A stretch of DNA of 64,000 bases, from NCBI RefSeq assembly GCF_009914755.1, contig NC_060925.1. The stretch is one strand, 5' to 3'. The notes below the pieces were generated by a model. That model worked only from the letters and a program-made list of their open reading frames with translations, did not search any database and had not been told where the DNA came from. Position 1 is the first letter of the stretch; the number at the start of each line of letters is the position of its first letter. This document shows, one piece after another, positions 26,622-43,740 of this stretch. A program made the position numbers and the translations under genes. This DNA is from the human T2T-CHM13v2.0 reference genome, Homo sapiens.

Positions 26622-27099
26622 TAAATTTCGGTGAAGTAAAATTTGTTGACTATTTTTTCATGGTTCATGCTTTTGGCATCATATTTAAGAAGTTAATAAA
26701 GGAAGAAATCCTTGTCAAATCCAAGATCATTAAGATTTTCTCCTAGGTTTACAAGAAGTTTAGTAGTTACCTCTTATAGTCAGGTCTATCATAGTTTCAA
26801 GTTAGTTTTTATGTGTGGTGTGAGATGAGGGTCAAGGATCGTCTTTTCTTTTTTTTTTTTTTTTCTTGCTGTGGCTACCTGATTATTCCTGCACTATTTG
26901 TTGAAATGATTATTCTTTTTCCATTGAATTGCCTTGGCCCCTTCACTGAAAACCAATTCACCATGTATGTGTGAGTCTTTTCCTAAACTTTCTATCCTGT
27001 TTCATTTTTCCGTATGTCTCTACTTATGCCAATATCATACTTTATTAATATAGCTTTACAACATGTATTCAAATCAGGGGTGTACATATTCCAATTTTG

Positions 27100-27374
27100 G
27101 GCCGGGCTTGGTGGCTCACGCTTGTAATCCCAGCACTTAGGGAGGCCGAGGCGGGTGGATCACCTGTGGTGAGGAGTTTGAGACCAGCCTGGCCAACATG
27201 GTGAAACCCCACCTCTACTAAAAATACAAAAATTAGCCGGCATGGTGGCACATGCCTGTAGTCCCAGCTACTCAGGAGACTGAGGCAGGAGAATCGCCTG
27301 AACCTGGGAGGGAGGTTGCAGTGAGCCGAGATCGAACCACTGTACTCCAGCCTGGGTGACAGAGTGACTCTGTT

Positions 27375-27405
<31 letters not shown>

Positions 27406-27408
27406 CAC
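27100..27408 (+). mobile_element. AluSx/Sz with (CA)n tail
   Basis: GGCCGGGC start; TSD TCCAATTTTG. Confidence 0.93.
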
Positions 27409-27617
27409 TCCAATTTTGTTCATTTTCACAATTATTTTGGCTTTTCTAAGTCATTTTTCATTTCCATATACATTTTAGAAATTTTAACATCAGCTTATCA
27501 ATTTCTGCAACAAGCCTGATAGGATTTTAATTAGGATTGCTTTGAATGTATAGGTGAATTTGGGGAGAATTGACATCTTAATAATATTAAGGTCCCCTTC
27601 CTCCTTCCCTTCTCCTT

Positions 27618-27815
27618 CAACAGAGTCTTGTTCTCTTGCCCAGGCTGGAGTGCAGTGGTGTGTGATCATAGCTCACTGCAGCCTTGAACTCCTGGGCTCA
27701 AACGATCCTCCCACTTCAGCCTCCTGGGTAGCTAGGACTACAGGTGTGTATCACCATGCTCGGCTGATTTTTGTATTTTTTGTAAAGACAGGGTCTCACT
27801 ATGTTTCCCAGGATG
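27618..27815 (-). mobile_element. AluJ, truncated
   Basis: ATCATAGCTCACTGCAGCCTTGAACTCCTGGGCTCAA. Confidence 0.88.
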
Positions 27816-27817
27816 GG

Positions 27818-28125
27818 GGAATTGACTTTTAATTTTACATAATTATAGACTCTCAAGAAGTGAAAATAGAACAAAGAGGTTCTCTGTGAGGCCAGGGTTG
27901 GTGGCTCCTGCCTGTAATCCCAGCACTTTGGGAGGCTGAGGCTGGTGGATTGCTTGAACCTGGGAATTTGCAACCACCCTGGGCAAAAAAATAGATTCTG
28001 CATGCCTTTTATCCAACTTCCCCCAATAATAACGTATTATATAGCTATAGAGTATTATCAAAACCAGGAAATTGACATTGGCACAATACTATCAGCTAGA
28101 CTAAAAACCTTACTGAGATTTCTGC
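27818..28125 (-). mobile_element. L1MC 3' end fragment containing an Alu left-monomer piece (27889-27990, +)
   Basis: TATCAAAACCAGGAAATTGACATTGGCACAATAC; GGCCAGGGTTGGTGGCTCCTGCCTGTAATCCC. Confidence 0.7.
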
Positions 28126-29216
28126 TGTGAGTTTTTTTCATGAATGGATGTTGGATTTTGTTGAATAGTTCTTCTGTACCTATTGACGTGATCATATGAT
28201 TTTTGTCTTTTAGTTTGTTAATAGGGTAAATTACCTTAATTGATTTTCAAATGTTAAACCTACATTTTATCAGCCTATGTTACATTATTATTTTTATATA
28301 TAGCTGGATTTTATTTGTTCATATCTTTTAAATATTTTAACATATGTGTTTGAGGGATATTTTTCTGTAACTTTCTTTCCTTATAACATCTTAGTCTGGT
28401 TTTATATCGGGGTAATGCTAGATTTAGAAAATTAGGAGTGAAATGTTTCTTCCGCTCCTATATTCTGGAAAGGTTTGTGTTGAATTGGTTATATATAATT
28501 GTTTGGTAGCATTCATCAGTGAAATACCAGTTATCTGGGCCTGGAATTTTCTTTGTGCACAACTTTTTAACTGTACATTTAATTTTAATAGGTAAAGGTC
28601 TATTTAGGCTATCTAAGTCTTTATGAATAATCTTAGTACTTCGTGTCTTTTAAGGATTTGTCTATTTAAGTTATCAAATTCATTGCCGTAAAATTATTCA
28701 CAATATTTCCTTATTACCTACTTAATGTCTGCAATAACTGTAGAATGTACTCCCTCTCATCCCTTATATTAATAATTTGTGTCTTCTTTTTTTTCCCTTA
28801 TCAGTTTTTCTAGAGGTTTATCAATTTTATTGAGCTTCTCAGAGAGCCACCGTTAATTCCATTGATGTTTCTGTCAGGTATCACTGTCCTGCACTGTCAA
28901 TATGTGAAAAGTCTTGTTTCATATAGTTTGTCCTTTGAGAAAAGTTGTGTAAGGTGGGAAGGTAAATCCAATCCTTGTCCTCCCATCATAGGTAGCAGCA
29001 GACGTCCTCCGTGATTTTCAGGGCTATAAAGGAGTTCTGTGGTGAGAGAGTGGGAGAACTCTGTTAGCTCTAGCTGAACTGTGTCCTTTCCTGAGGTTAC
29101 TACTCCCATGTGGCCCTCTCAAATGGTGGATGTTTTCTCTCTCACACTTTTTGTTTTATTATTAGTACAATGATAGAGTCATAGATTATTTGGTAACAGT
29201 TTTACTATGAAATAAG

Positions 29217-30001
<785 letters not shown>

Positions 30002-30126
30002 CACATGGTAGCTAGTAATCCCATTACTGGGTATATGCCCAGAAGAAAATAAATCATTCTATCAAAAAGACACATGCAATTATATGTTCATGGGATTACT
30101 AGCTACCAATAATGAGAATGGTAGCT

Positions 30127-30846
<720 letters not shown>

Positions 30847-31341
30847 CTTACACTCTTGGTGCTGCAGGACCTGGAGGCCATGTAGGCATCTTCCTCCCAC
30901 CTCTTTTTCACTCCCAGGCCATTGTCATCCATCTCATTTCATCTTCCCTGAAAACCCTCCTGCTGCTTTGAGCCTCATGCCTTCAAGCTTCTACCACCTG
31001 TTGCCTTTTCTCATTGCAATTATTACAGATTGCCTGATTTGCTCTCCCTCATTCCTTGAAGATTTTAGCACCTGGATCGCTGTCTCTTTCTGACTCTCTA
31101 TCTGTCGTAATTCATGATGGTTTTTAATATCCACACAGAGATCCTTTCAAAACCCAGGAGTACCAGCGACATTAAGTAACACTCTGTGCTGTTACAAACC
31201 AACCTGGAAATCTCAGTTGCTTAACCCAATAAAAGATGATTTCTTGCTTGTGCCAAATCCAATACACCTCTATGGTACTTACCTGGCTATACCCCATGCC
31301 TGTTCAAAGCCAACTTTTTACTTTCTGAAGGCTTATATCTC

Positions 31342-31490
31342 GCAGCCCAGTGTGGCTGGAGAAAAACAGGTACCTGTGCTAACTGGTCTTATTTTAAATG
31401 TATGATCCCTACCCCAGGCCCTGGTGCTATAAGATTCCACACACTACTCTGTCCATACCTGTGCCAAACAATATCATGTGGTCTCCTCTT
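31342..31490 (+). repeat. Dispersed 150-bp duplication, copy 1 (partner 32770-32922)
   Basis: First 61 bp identical, remainder clearly alignable but diverged. Confidence 0.95.
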
Positions 31491-32769
31491 TCAGACAGCT
31501 CCTCTTCCTCCTCCACACTCTCAGCTTTTGGCCCTGCTTCTTATTTCTCTGGGGGAATGGAACAAATCAGAAGGGAATTTCTGCATGCTCCCAGCAGCAT
31601 GGCTGCCCACCCCTCTGTGTCTGCACCCACACGGCAGCCTTCCTTCCAGTTCTGTGGATGACCTGTTTGTCCTGGCTGCAACCACCCCTTTCCTTGTGTG
31701 CCAGATCACATTCCTTCTCTTTTACTCAAGGGCATCACTCTGCAATTATTCCCTCTCCCTCCTTCAACCTTAGATGTTTCCTGTCTATTGGATGATTCCT
31801 ATCAGCGTTCCTATTGTTCATACCCTATCTATCTGTAGTATTCCCTATCTTGAAAAAAAAAAGCCTTTCTTATTGCTACTGCCTGTCTCTCTCCTTCTGT
31901 CTGCAGCACAACAGCTTAGATGTACCACATTGTCTTATTCATTTTTTCTGGTTACTCCCCTCCAGTTCACTCTTAAGCTGTCTGGCTTTTGCCTTTACTC
32001 TGTGGGAAAAGCTCTTGTTAAGGCTGCCAAGTGCAATAGTTGAGTATCTGTTCTCATCTTACTGGTCGATGAGTGGCATTTGACATGACTGGCTGCCTCT
32101 TCCTCGTGAAACCGCTCTGTCCTGGCTGGCTCCTTCCTCAGAGACTGCTCCTTCTTTGTCCTGCTAACCCCTTAAGGCTGGAGCGCCCAGGGTTCGGTCA
32201 TCATCTTCTCCGTTTCTCTACCCAAATGCTCCCTGGTGACCTCTTAGCTTTGCACACTTTTTACATGCTGATGACCTCAAATGTGTAATTCTAGCCCTGG
32301 CTTTCCCCTGGCCTTCAGATGCATCTATCCACCTGAGTGTCAGATATCTCGGACTTAAGCGTCTGAACAAGCTGTTGATTCATCACCTCTTACCAAGCTG
32401 CTACCCTAATCTTTCCTGTCTCAGAAAATGGCAACTCTAACCTGCCCCGGTGCCTGGGAGTCATCGTTTATTGTATTTTTTCTTCTCTTCCCTCCTTTAA
32501 TCCATCAGCAAACTTGTGGCTCCACCTTCAAAATAGATACAGAAGCCATCAACTTATTCGAAACCTTCACTGCTTTCACTAGAGTCTATCCCACCCTCAC
32601 CTTTCTCCTGAACTGTTGGTAGAGCCCTCTTTTAGGATTTCCTTTTGACATTCATCACCGAATCGCTGAAAGACCCCCACCAGCTCCTGTTCTACTCAAA
32701 GTCTAGAAGACCCTGCTGGGTCTGGCTCTTGCCACTTTTGTGACCTCAGCCCAACAGACCTTACGTCCA

Positions 32770-32922
32770 GCAGCCCAGTGTGGCTGGAGAAAAACAGGTA
32801 CCTGTGCTAACTGGTCTTATTTTAAATGTACGATCCCCCGCTCCAGGCCCTGGTGCTACCCAGAGATTCTGCACACTACTTTGTCTGTACCTGTGCCAAA
32901 CAATGTCACATGGCTCCCTCTC
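32770..32922 (+). repeat. Dispersed 150-bp duplication, copy 2
   Basis: Matches 31342-31490. Confidence 0.95.
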
Positions 32923-32970
32923 TCGCACAAGCATCTCCTGCTGGCCTGCTCTGCTCCAGCTGAAGCTTGA

Positions 32971-33617
<647 letters not shown>

Positions 33618-33678
33618 CATCTTTGTAGCATGAATACCTTTTAGCTCATATCCTCGATTAGTGACATAGAAATACCCT

Positions 33679-33704
33679 GCCACAGTGTAGCATTGGCATT
33701 TAAA
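33679..33704 (+). repeat. Dispersed 26-bp direct repeat, copy 1 (partner 35232-35257)
   Basis: GCCACAGTGTAGCATTGGCATTTAAA identical in both. Confidence 0.95.
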
Positions 33705-34013
33705 TGCCCTCCTTTAATATTACGTTTCAGAAATTAAATATGATGACTAAAAAGAATCACAAGATTTAAATATGCATTTTTATGGATAATTAGAAAACAG
33801 TCGATGCTAATTTTGAAAAATTCAAACTCTACAGAAATGCATAATAAAAAGTGAAAGATTGTCTTTTCCATGTTTTCTCCCATCCCGCCTCCCACAGGCA
33901 TACACGTCTTTTGATGATGTTGTGGGCATCATTTCTCTGTAGAGATAAAACACATACATGCCAACATTTTTAAAAACTGGTATCTTGTTTTGTATCTAGC
34001 TCACCTTTTTTTA

Positions 34014-34328
<315 letters not shown>

Positions 34329-34705
34329 ATATATATATATATATAATTTTATATAAATTTATATTTATAAATATATATTTATATTTATTATTTGTTTATT
34401 TATATTTATTTATTATTTATATTTATTTATAAAATAAACAAAATATATTTTTATAAATATAAATAAACAAATATATAAATATAAATATATATAAATATAT
34501 AAAATATTTAGAAAATTATATTTATAATATTTATAAAATTATATTCATAATATAAATATATATTTATATTTATAATTATAAAATTATATTCATAATATAA
34601 ATATATTTATATTTATATTTATAAAATTATATAATATATATTTATATTATAAATATTATAAATCTATGGTATATAAATATTTTATATATAGATATATAAA
34701 TATAT
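34329..34705. repeat. AT-only low-complexity (TA)n-like tract
   Basis: About 375 bp almost devoid of G/C. Confidence 0.95.
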
Positions 34706-35231
34706 CTCAAAGATCTTTCTATGCTGGTGCCTCTAGACCTTCAGAAAACCCTCTCCGAGGCTGTGGTGGGTGCCCAGCAGCGATTCTGCTTTGCCCCTCC
34801 TCCTTTTTCCAGGGGCATGTTTGCTTATTAAGCTCGCAGTTTAAGAGCCCCTCCCTGGAAAGTCTGGATTCTCAGAGCCTCTGTGACATTGCCCACTTCA
34901 CACCCTTCACAGAACTTTTCCACACAGTTTTCCCTTTCCTCCTGTCTGTCTGCAGCCTTGCTGCTTGTCTGCCTGATTCATTGGATGACATATTCCTTGG
35001 CGACTAGGTAGTGTGTGTCTTTTGTAGTCTTGTGTCCTCCATAGTTGTGGGCTCAGCGGATGGTTGTTGGGTGGATGGACGGATAAATGGGACAATGAAA
35101 AGATGAGCTTCTCTTCTGTTTTCTCCCTGAGCAGCAGTTCGCAATGCTTCGTGACTCAAATTGTGCAGGTTTGCTGGCCGGGCGTGAGCCTTTTTATTTT
35201 AGTCCATCAGGGAAAGTGGCTGGCTCATTCA

Positions 35232-35257
35232 GCCACAGTGTAGCATTGGCATTTAAA
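35232..35257 (+). repeat. Dispersed 26-bp direct repeat, copy 2
   Basis: Matches 33679-33704. Confidence 0.95.
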
Positions 35258-35279
35258 AATATATCAAGAATGACAATAA

Positions 35280-35540
35280 AGATTAGTTACCATTTATTGA
35301 GTGTTTACTCTGTGCCTAAATGCTTTATGTACATTATCTTCTTTACTTTTTCAACAATCTTGTTTGAATTAGGTCCTATTATTATCTCCATTCTGTAGAA
35401 CAGGCTCAGAGAGGTGAAGTACTTTGCTCACAAATGCACAGCTAGGTGTCATAGGGAGGTAGCTAGGTGGTAGCAGAGCCAGGATTCGAACCAGGGCTGC
35501 TTGATCCACAGTCCAGCTTCTCAAGCCCAACCTTGTACTT
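35280..35540 (-). mobile_element. MIR, near full length
   Basis: CATTTATTGAGTGTTTACTCTGTGCC...GGCTCAGAGAGGTGAAGT...GAGCCAGGATTCGAACCAGG. Confidence 0.9.
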
Positions 35541-37787
35541 CTGTGATGGGGAGCCAGGTTTGTGTGGAATTTTGTCTTCCTATAGAGACTGGCTGCATTT
35601 TTAATTGCAGAAAACATGCAACCTGTGATGAATAGATTAACATGGCAACTTTTTTTTCCCCTGAGAAAGTGGTACTTTAATTTGCACATAACATTAATAG
35701 TGAAGAGACTGTCTCCAGAGTAAGTAGCTCCCCTCCACCCCTCCCCCAAGCCCTTATAGGACTTCAAAGGGGTCAACTCCAGCTCTCTCACTGCTTGATT
35801 TCTTTGACTGCTTTTCTGCTTTAGCAGTGAGAAGGCAATGAGAAGATGGACTTGTGAGAATTCACCCAGGAGAATAAGCAACTGGGTCTCAAGTGTTTTG
35901 TTATGTAAGCAGTAAACACTGTGGACAGCATCATCTACTGTTTGTCAAACTCAGCCCTGGGTTCTACAAAACTGAGTTTAAAAGAAAAAAAAAGCTATCT
36001 GTGGAGATTTTGTTAAAGGTTCCACTTGGTTAGCATGCTTGCAATGCACACTGTAACAAAGCTTTAATATAATTAAATTTTAAATTCCATGTAGAATCTA
36101 GTGGGTAGGCAGATGTACCGGTATGTTAAACTTTATGTCGCTTGAAAATGGTTTTCAAGTACATCAGAGGGAGACCATCCAGCTGTAAAATTATCTGCTT
36201 TATGATGCCGCATCACAGCTCTGATCTTTTTCTTTTAATTAAAAATGTACCTTAAAGTTGAACCATCCCCACTCTCTGCTACCTTTTCTTCCTTTCTGTC
36301 TACCGACAGAAGATGAAGTAGCATGACTGTTCTGTGAACCTTCGGGGATGTTTATGCAGGAAATAACTTTTCAATTAAATATTAATTTTTGTGGCTCTTC
36401 AGCTGGACTCGGCCCCTCTGCAGGCCAAAGGGTAGCTCCCTCTGTATATGGTGCTGTCCAGGTTGTGAGGCCTTTGGTTGGTCATACCTTCTAACCTCTT
36501 GCAGCCAGTTCCAGAAATCAAGAGTCATAGAACCTTGCAAAGGTGAAAAGGTGATACCCCCTGGGCTCTTCCTGACTTGCCAGGTGTGACCGGCTTCAGA
36601 AGGCATCTGTTCTCACAGTGGCATGTCAGGGTCCTGCTCCTGTCCCCCAAACACCTTTCTTACTATAGCTTTCTAATGTCTGATTTCTTTTCCTGGAGAA
36701 TGTTATCTCTTTAATTTGAGGTCTCATTCTCTGTTAAAATATGGACCACTGGTGGACAGCACTCACCAGTCATTATCCCCTTGTCATGGCTAACGTCTCC
36801 AGATCGCCCATGGAAGATATTGGATGCTGGTGCCCAGGAAATGGCCTTGGCAGAGGGGAAAAGACATAGAAGGGCACACTAGGTGCAGGGATTCCCCAGG
36901 GCTGGCTCTAGGTGTGGCTAATGAGCAGTCGTCAGCATCAGCACACTCAGCGTTACTTTTCAAATGAGATCAGTCCTACCATGCACCTACTCTGGAGTCT
37001 GGCACGCAGCAAGTGCTGGGTAAATATTAGCTATTATTGAGATTATGAATATTTTATTACTCTAATTATAATCAGATCCTGGTAGGTTCTTTTAAGTATC
37101 CTTCTGGAACCTGCCAGCTGGCAGAAGGATGAGAGACAGGCAATGGTTACATGACTCCGAAGGCCTATTGACTGGTCATCAGACGGGAATGGAACTTATG
37201 GATCATCTCATTTCATGCTCCTACTTTTGCAGAACAAAACCAGGGGCTTGTGGTAGAGAAGGGCCTCAGTTAGGGACACACAGCGAGCCATGGCAGAGTT
37301 GGGTCCTCTGACTTCCCCTGCTTTTTTCCTGATGTCTTGGCTGCTCCCACCTCACGCTAGCTTCCTCTGTGCTGGGAAGGGCCCTTGCTAAGCTGCTTGG
37401 ATCCAGCTCTTCCTGGTACCCCTTCTGTTACTTTGTTGGGGTGAGTGCCCAGATGTTCCTCTGCAGTCTTGGAGAGCCCTGCTCTACTGCCAGCACCCTC
37501 CCAGGCTGTGGGCAGAATGAATGGCCAAAGAGGGTGTCCCTGAACCTTAAAGAACCTTCCAGTTTCCAGCAGCCTCTCTGCTTTCTTTCAACTCTGCTAA
37601 GCAGCCAGTACCATTCACTCCCTGTAGCAGGAAAGGTCCTTTTTTCCTCTGTGCTGGAACCCAGTTGTGATGAGACTATTTGAAAGCAGTGGTCCACGAA
37701 CTGCAATGATGGGGAGACTACCACCCAGCTCGGCCTCCAGGTCTGTGATGATGGGCAGGTGATGTCCCCTCTGTGGGCAGAAGGTGC

Positions 37788-38202
37788 TGCTCTAGTTTGG
37801 ATGTTTGTACTCCTAAACCTGTTACAATGGGATCCTAATGCTGGAGGTGGGACCTAATGGGAGATGTTTGTGTCACGGGGTGGATCCTTCATGAATGGCT
37901 TGGTGTCATCCTTGCGGTAATGAGTGAGTTCTTGCTCTGTTAATTCCTGTGAAAGTTCCTCCAGGAGCTGGTTGTTTAAAAGAGCCTGGCACATTCCTTC
38001 TCTTCCTGGCTTCCTCTCTTGCCATGCTGGCTCCCTTTAGCATTCATCATGAATGGGAGCAGCCTGAGGCCCTCACCAGAAGCAAATGCTGGAGCCATGC
38101 TTCCTGTACAGCCTGCAGAACTGTGAGCCAAATGAACCTCTTTCCTTTATAAATTACCCAGCCTTAGCTATTCCTTTTAAGCAACACAAACAGACTAAGA
38201 CA
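37788..38202 (+). mobile_element. MSTB MaLR solo LTR
   Basis: TGCTCTAGTTTGGATGTTTGT...CAGACTAAGACA; 5-bp TSD GGTGC. Confidence 0.92.
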
Positions 38203-39366
38203 GGTGCCTTCCCTGAAACACGAGAGGCTGGACCCATTGGCTTTCATGGTGCTTTTGGGCCACACACATTGATTCTAATTTGGCATTTTCATGCCTGAGC
38301 TGTCTCAGTTTCTCCAGTCTAAGGTTCACATTGGGGAACCTGGATCTAGACTTCTCTCCCTCCAGGTGACCCCAGAGGGAAGACAGGCTGCTGGACTAAG
38401 TGCAGGCCCCTCCAGGGACCATGAGGAGAAGGAACAGGTAGAAAACTGAGCAGAGAAAACCACGGGGTGCAGCTCCCATGGTGGAAGGTGGGGTCGTCAG
38501 CAGCAAGGCGGGGTGGGCCGAGACTCAGGCACACTCCAGGGAGTGAGTGTGAGGAGTGAGCCCAGCCCTCAGAATCCTGGGCTAACAGCCATCCATGGTA
38601 TACAGGTAGCAGCCTCCATTCTCATCAGATATTATGTATTTGGAAAATGAATCTTATCCTCAAGTATTAGTCACTGCAAGAAGCAAAAACCTTCCTTGAG
38701 ACACTTTGGAATGTTCCAGAGTCAATGTTGTTTGGAGTAAGATGTATGAAACCAAAATTAATGACATTTTGCACACCCAGACAAACTCCTAAGTGCCACC
38801 CATTGGCTTTCTCCCATCTCTGGGTGCAGCCTGCTTTTCTGGTCAGATTATTCTTTCGGGCAGTGCAGGATCTCCTTCCGCCAGGAGCTCCTTCCAATAC
38901 CTTCCAACCTCCAACTAACACTGAGGTTCTTCTCCCAAAGGATTCAGGATGCCCTGGGTATTGTGTCATACCATCTTCTTACCTTTTACAGTGAGGTCAT
39001 TGCAGAACTACTCAGCTATATAGCAAACACTCCCTTTCCTAGTGATGGGATAAAAGTATTTATGGTCTACCTGAAAATGTTGACTTTTAGGGATTCAGAT
39101 AAAGTAGTTAAATGTCAACTTATACTAAGTGTACTAATTTCATTGTATGAACGCATATAAAGTCATATGTCTATACACTAAAGTATTTGTAGAAATATGG
39201 CTTTTTTCCCCATCCTTTAATTCTGTGAAATAGTTTCTATTCAAGTTCTTCCTGTGCGTGTTGTCATCCACAAAGCCACTCTGTGTGTCATCAAACACAA
39301 GGACATTTTTACTTCTCTGTTGTTTGAGATACACCACTTTTTGAATCTAGGTATGCAATTTTAATT

Positions 39367-39827
39367 GCATCTGTCTTAAGTCAGGCTGCCGTAACAAAAT
39401 ACCACAGACTGGGTGGCTTAAACAACAGACATTTATTTTCTTATGTTCTGGAGGCTGGAAGTCTGAGATCAGGGTGCCAGCATGGCCAGGTTCTGGTGAG
39501 GGCTCTCTTTCTGGCTTGTGGACGACTGCCTTCTTGCTATGTCCTCAGATGGCCTTTTCTAAGTGTGTGTGTGTGTGTATGTGTGTGTTTGTGTGTATGA
39601 GTGTGTGTTTGTGTGTATGAGTGTGTGAGAGACAGCAAGAGACAGAGCGAAAGAGAGAGTCTCTTTTCGTTCTAAGGCCACCAATTCTATTGGATACAGA
39701 CCCTATCTGACCTCATTTAACCTTAATTACATCTCCAAATCCCTATCTCCACACAGTCACACTGAGGCCACTGAGGGTAAGGGCCTGAACATATGAATTT
39801 TGGGGGACACAATTCAACCCCTCATGC
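39367..39827 (-). mobile_element. MLT1A MaLR solo LTR with internal (TG)n/(GA)n
   Basis: GGCTGCCGTAACAAAATACCACAGACTGGGTGGCTTAAACAAC...GGGGGACACAATTCA. Confidence 0.9.
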
Positions 39828-41189
39828 TATCAGGACCGATATATATAACACTAGGCAGGATTAGAAGATTTGCCTTGTCGGTGTAGTTTGTGGCTTCAGT
39901 GTTGTGAGGACTTACTCTCATTTTCAGAACTCGTTACGAGACTTGTTTATACAGATATTAGGACTTGCAATTGTCAGGTCACACCACTCAGAATAATTAC
40001 TAAAAACTGTGTCAAATGTATTTGCTTCCTTCTACCAGTCCTGTCTGGTAATCTCTATAAGCATCCCAAACTAGTATTGATTGACGTCATTTTGGCTAAT
40101 GGGTCTTCTCCAAAGAGTACTTTATTGTTTAAAGTAGAGCCATTGAGAATGTTCCCTATAATTTGAACAACCCTAAGAATTCAACTTTAAGCTGGTCATT
40201 TGTCCTCCACAACTACCTGGTGAGGCAGCACTTGCTTTTTCTTCCCATGTTACAAATGCAGACAGGAAGGCCGAGTAACCTCTCAAGCTCTGCAGCGGTT
40301 GGGAGGCTGAGCTGGCCTTGACCTGGATTCGCTTTCTTCTAGAATTGGGTCCCTTTCGGTGCCTCACTCTGCTCTGGGGGAAGTAAGGGAGTGAGGTTCA
40401 ATGACGTGGCCAAGATCTTTCAGGGGACGAGGGGCAGACTGAGTCCTCTATCCAGGGCCCTTCTCAAAGCCATCATGGATCTCTTGGAAGTATTAACCCC
40501 AAGGGGTGGAGATGCCGCCTCTGAGCTCCTGTCACCTTCCCAGGCCCGGGAGGGAGAGCATCTTTCCGCACCGCTCCTCTGCGGCTTATGTGGGATTCCA
40601 CGTGCCTCTTTATCTTGCATTAAATAATGGTTTTAGTGGGCTGCCAGCTTATTCATCTATTGTATTTATGGAAACTACTAAAGACTTCAAAAAAGGGTTT
40701 AATTCAATGTGAGGTTCTATCTTTGAAGAAATTTGTTTAATAGTGCAGGGAAAATTGGGCTTTTAATACAGGAGGAGCAGAACCTGCTCTGTAACTTCAG
40801 AGAGAAAATGGAAATCGAGACGGGAAGTACCAGAGAAGCCACTGGGCTTGGAAGGAGGGTGACTTGGGAATGAGCTGGAGCTGGGCCCAAGTAAAGCCCT
40901 TCCTAGCCTTCCCTCGTCTCTGTCTGTGTAGGGAAGGCAAAGACACAGGAAAATGACAGCTTAGTGTCCGGAACCCTGGGGTCACTGCAGGAGCTGGACT
41001 CCAGTCTGATTGCATAGAGCTGTAGTAACCCATGAGTCTGTGAGCACAGAGGGGCCGGGACGATTGCAGTCATCCGTGTCTCCCGAAAGCACAGTGCCTG
41101 TGGCTTCTAGGCTGCAAGCATGAAGCCTCCCATTGCAGAGGGGAAGAGGCTGCCCTTCAGCGAAATGTGGAGTGGGCTGAGGGGATCTT

Positions 41190-41410
41190 GGGTACGGGGT
41201 TTTAAAAAACGTAATCCTGGGTTCAAATCCCTGTGCTGCCCTCTATGACCTGTGACCTGGGTCAGTTTCTTTATGTCCCTGAGCTTTGGCCTTCTTGTCT
41301 ATGTAGCAGAGATAATCTCAACCGTCTAGGTGGTGGCATGCATGAATGATAGCTTCTATTTACTGAACACTTACTACGTGCGTGGCACTATGCCCAGTGC
41401 TTTAATTGGA
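41190..41410. mobile_element. MIR fragments
   Basis: CCTGGGTTCAAATCCC...GTGACCTGGG (+); ATTTACTGAACACTTACTACGTG (-). Confidence 0.65.
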
Positions 41411-42045
41411 TCTTTTTTTTAAAATGGGATGATTGTAAAGGCCGGGCCGAGGATCTCCCCTGGGGATGGGCAGTCATGGTGCTTCCCCGCCCTGGGCAGC
41501 TGCTTATTCCAGAAATTGCCGTGGGCCTGCAATCCTGCTTGCAACACCCCTCGCAGCAGGAGCTTGGCAGCCCCTGAACCCGGTGCCTGCTCATGAGCCA
41601 GTCTCCCTCTTGGCTTATGTAGATCAACCAGAGCCTTGGGATATGAGAAGTTAATTTCCACATATCCTGGAGGGGGAAGAAGCACGTATGAAAGAAGTGA
41701 AGAGATAAGAATGTGTAGGAAGGTTATCTTTCAATTAAGAAGGGCAGTAATGCTTCCCATCAAGAGTCCTGTCGGGGAAAGTCTGGGAATATCTGTTTCG
41801 GTGCTTTGCTGAGAACCAGTTAGGTGAATTCTGTGCTGGTGGACACTGCCGCCCAGCAGGACACTCATCACCATGGCCTTCCTTGACCCCGGCCACGTCC
41901 TGCCGGCTCCTCCTCCTTGAACACCAACCATCAGGTTGCCAGGACCTGTCCCCTGGGGCTGGGTCCTCACTGCTTCCCTGGGACCGGCTGTGTAGGGGTT
42001 GATGTGGGCAGTCAGAGGGGGTAGGGAGAGAAGGGTTTGGCGTAT

Positions 42046-43740
<1,695 letters not shown>

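Noticed and set aside
35480-35500. tRNA B-box-like GGATTCGAACC
   Set aside because: Part of the tRNA-derived MIR head; no cloverleaf
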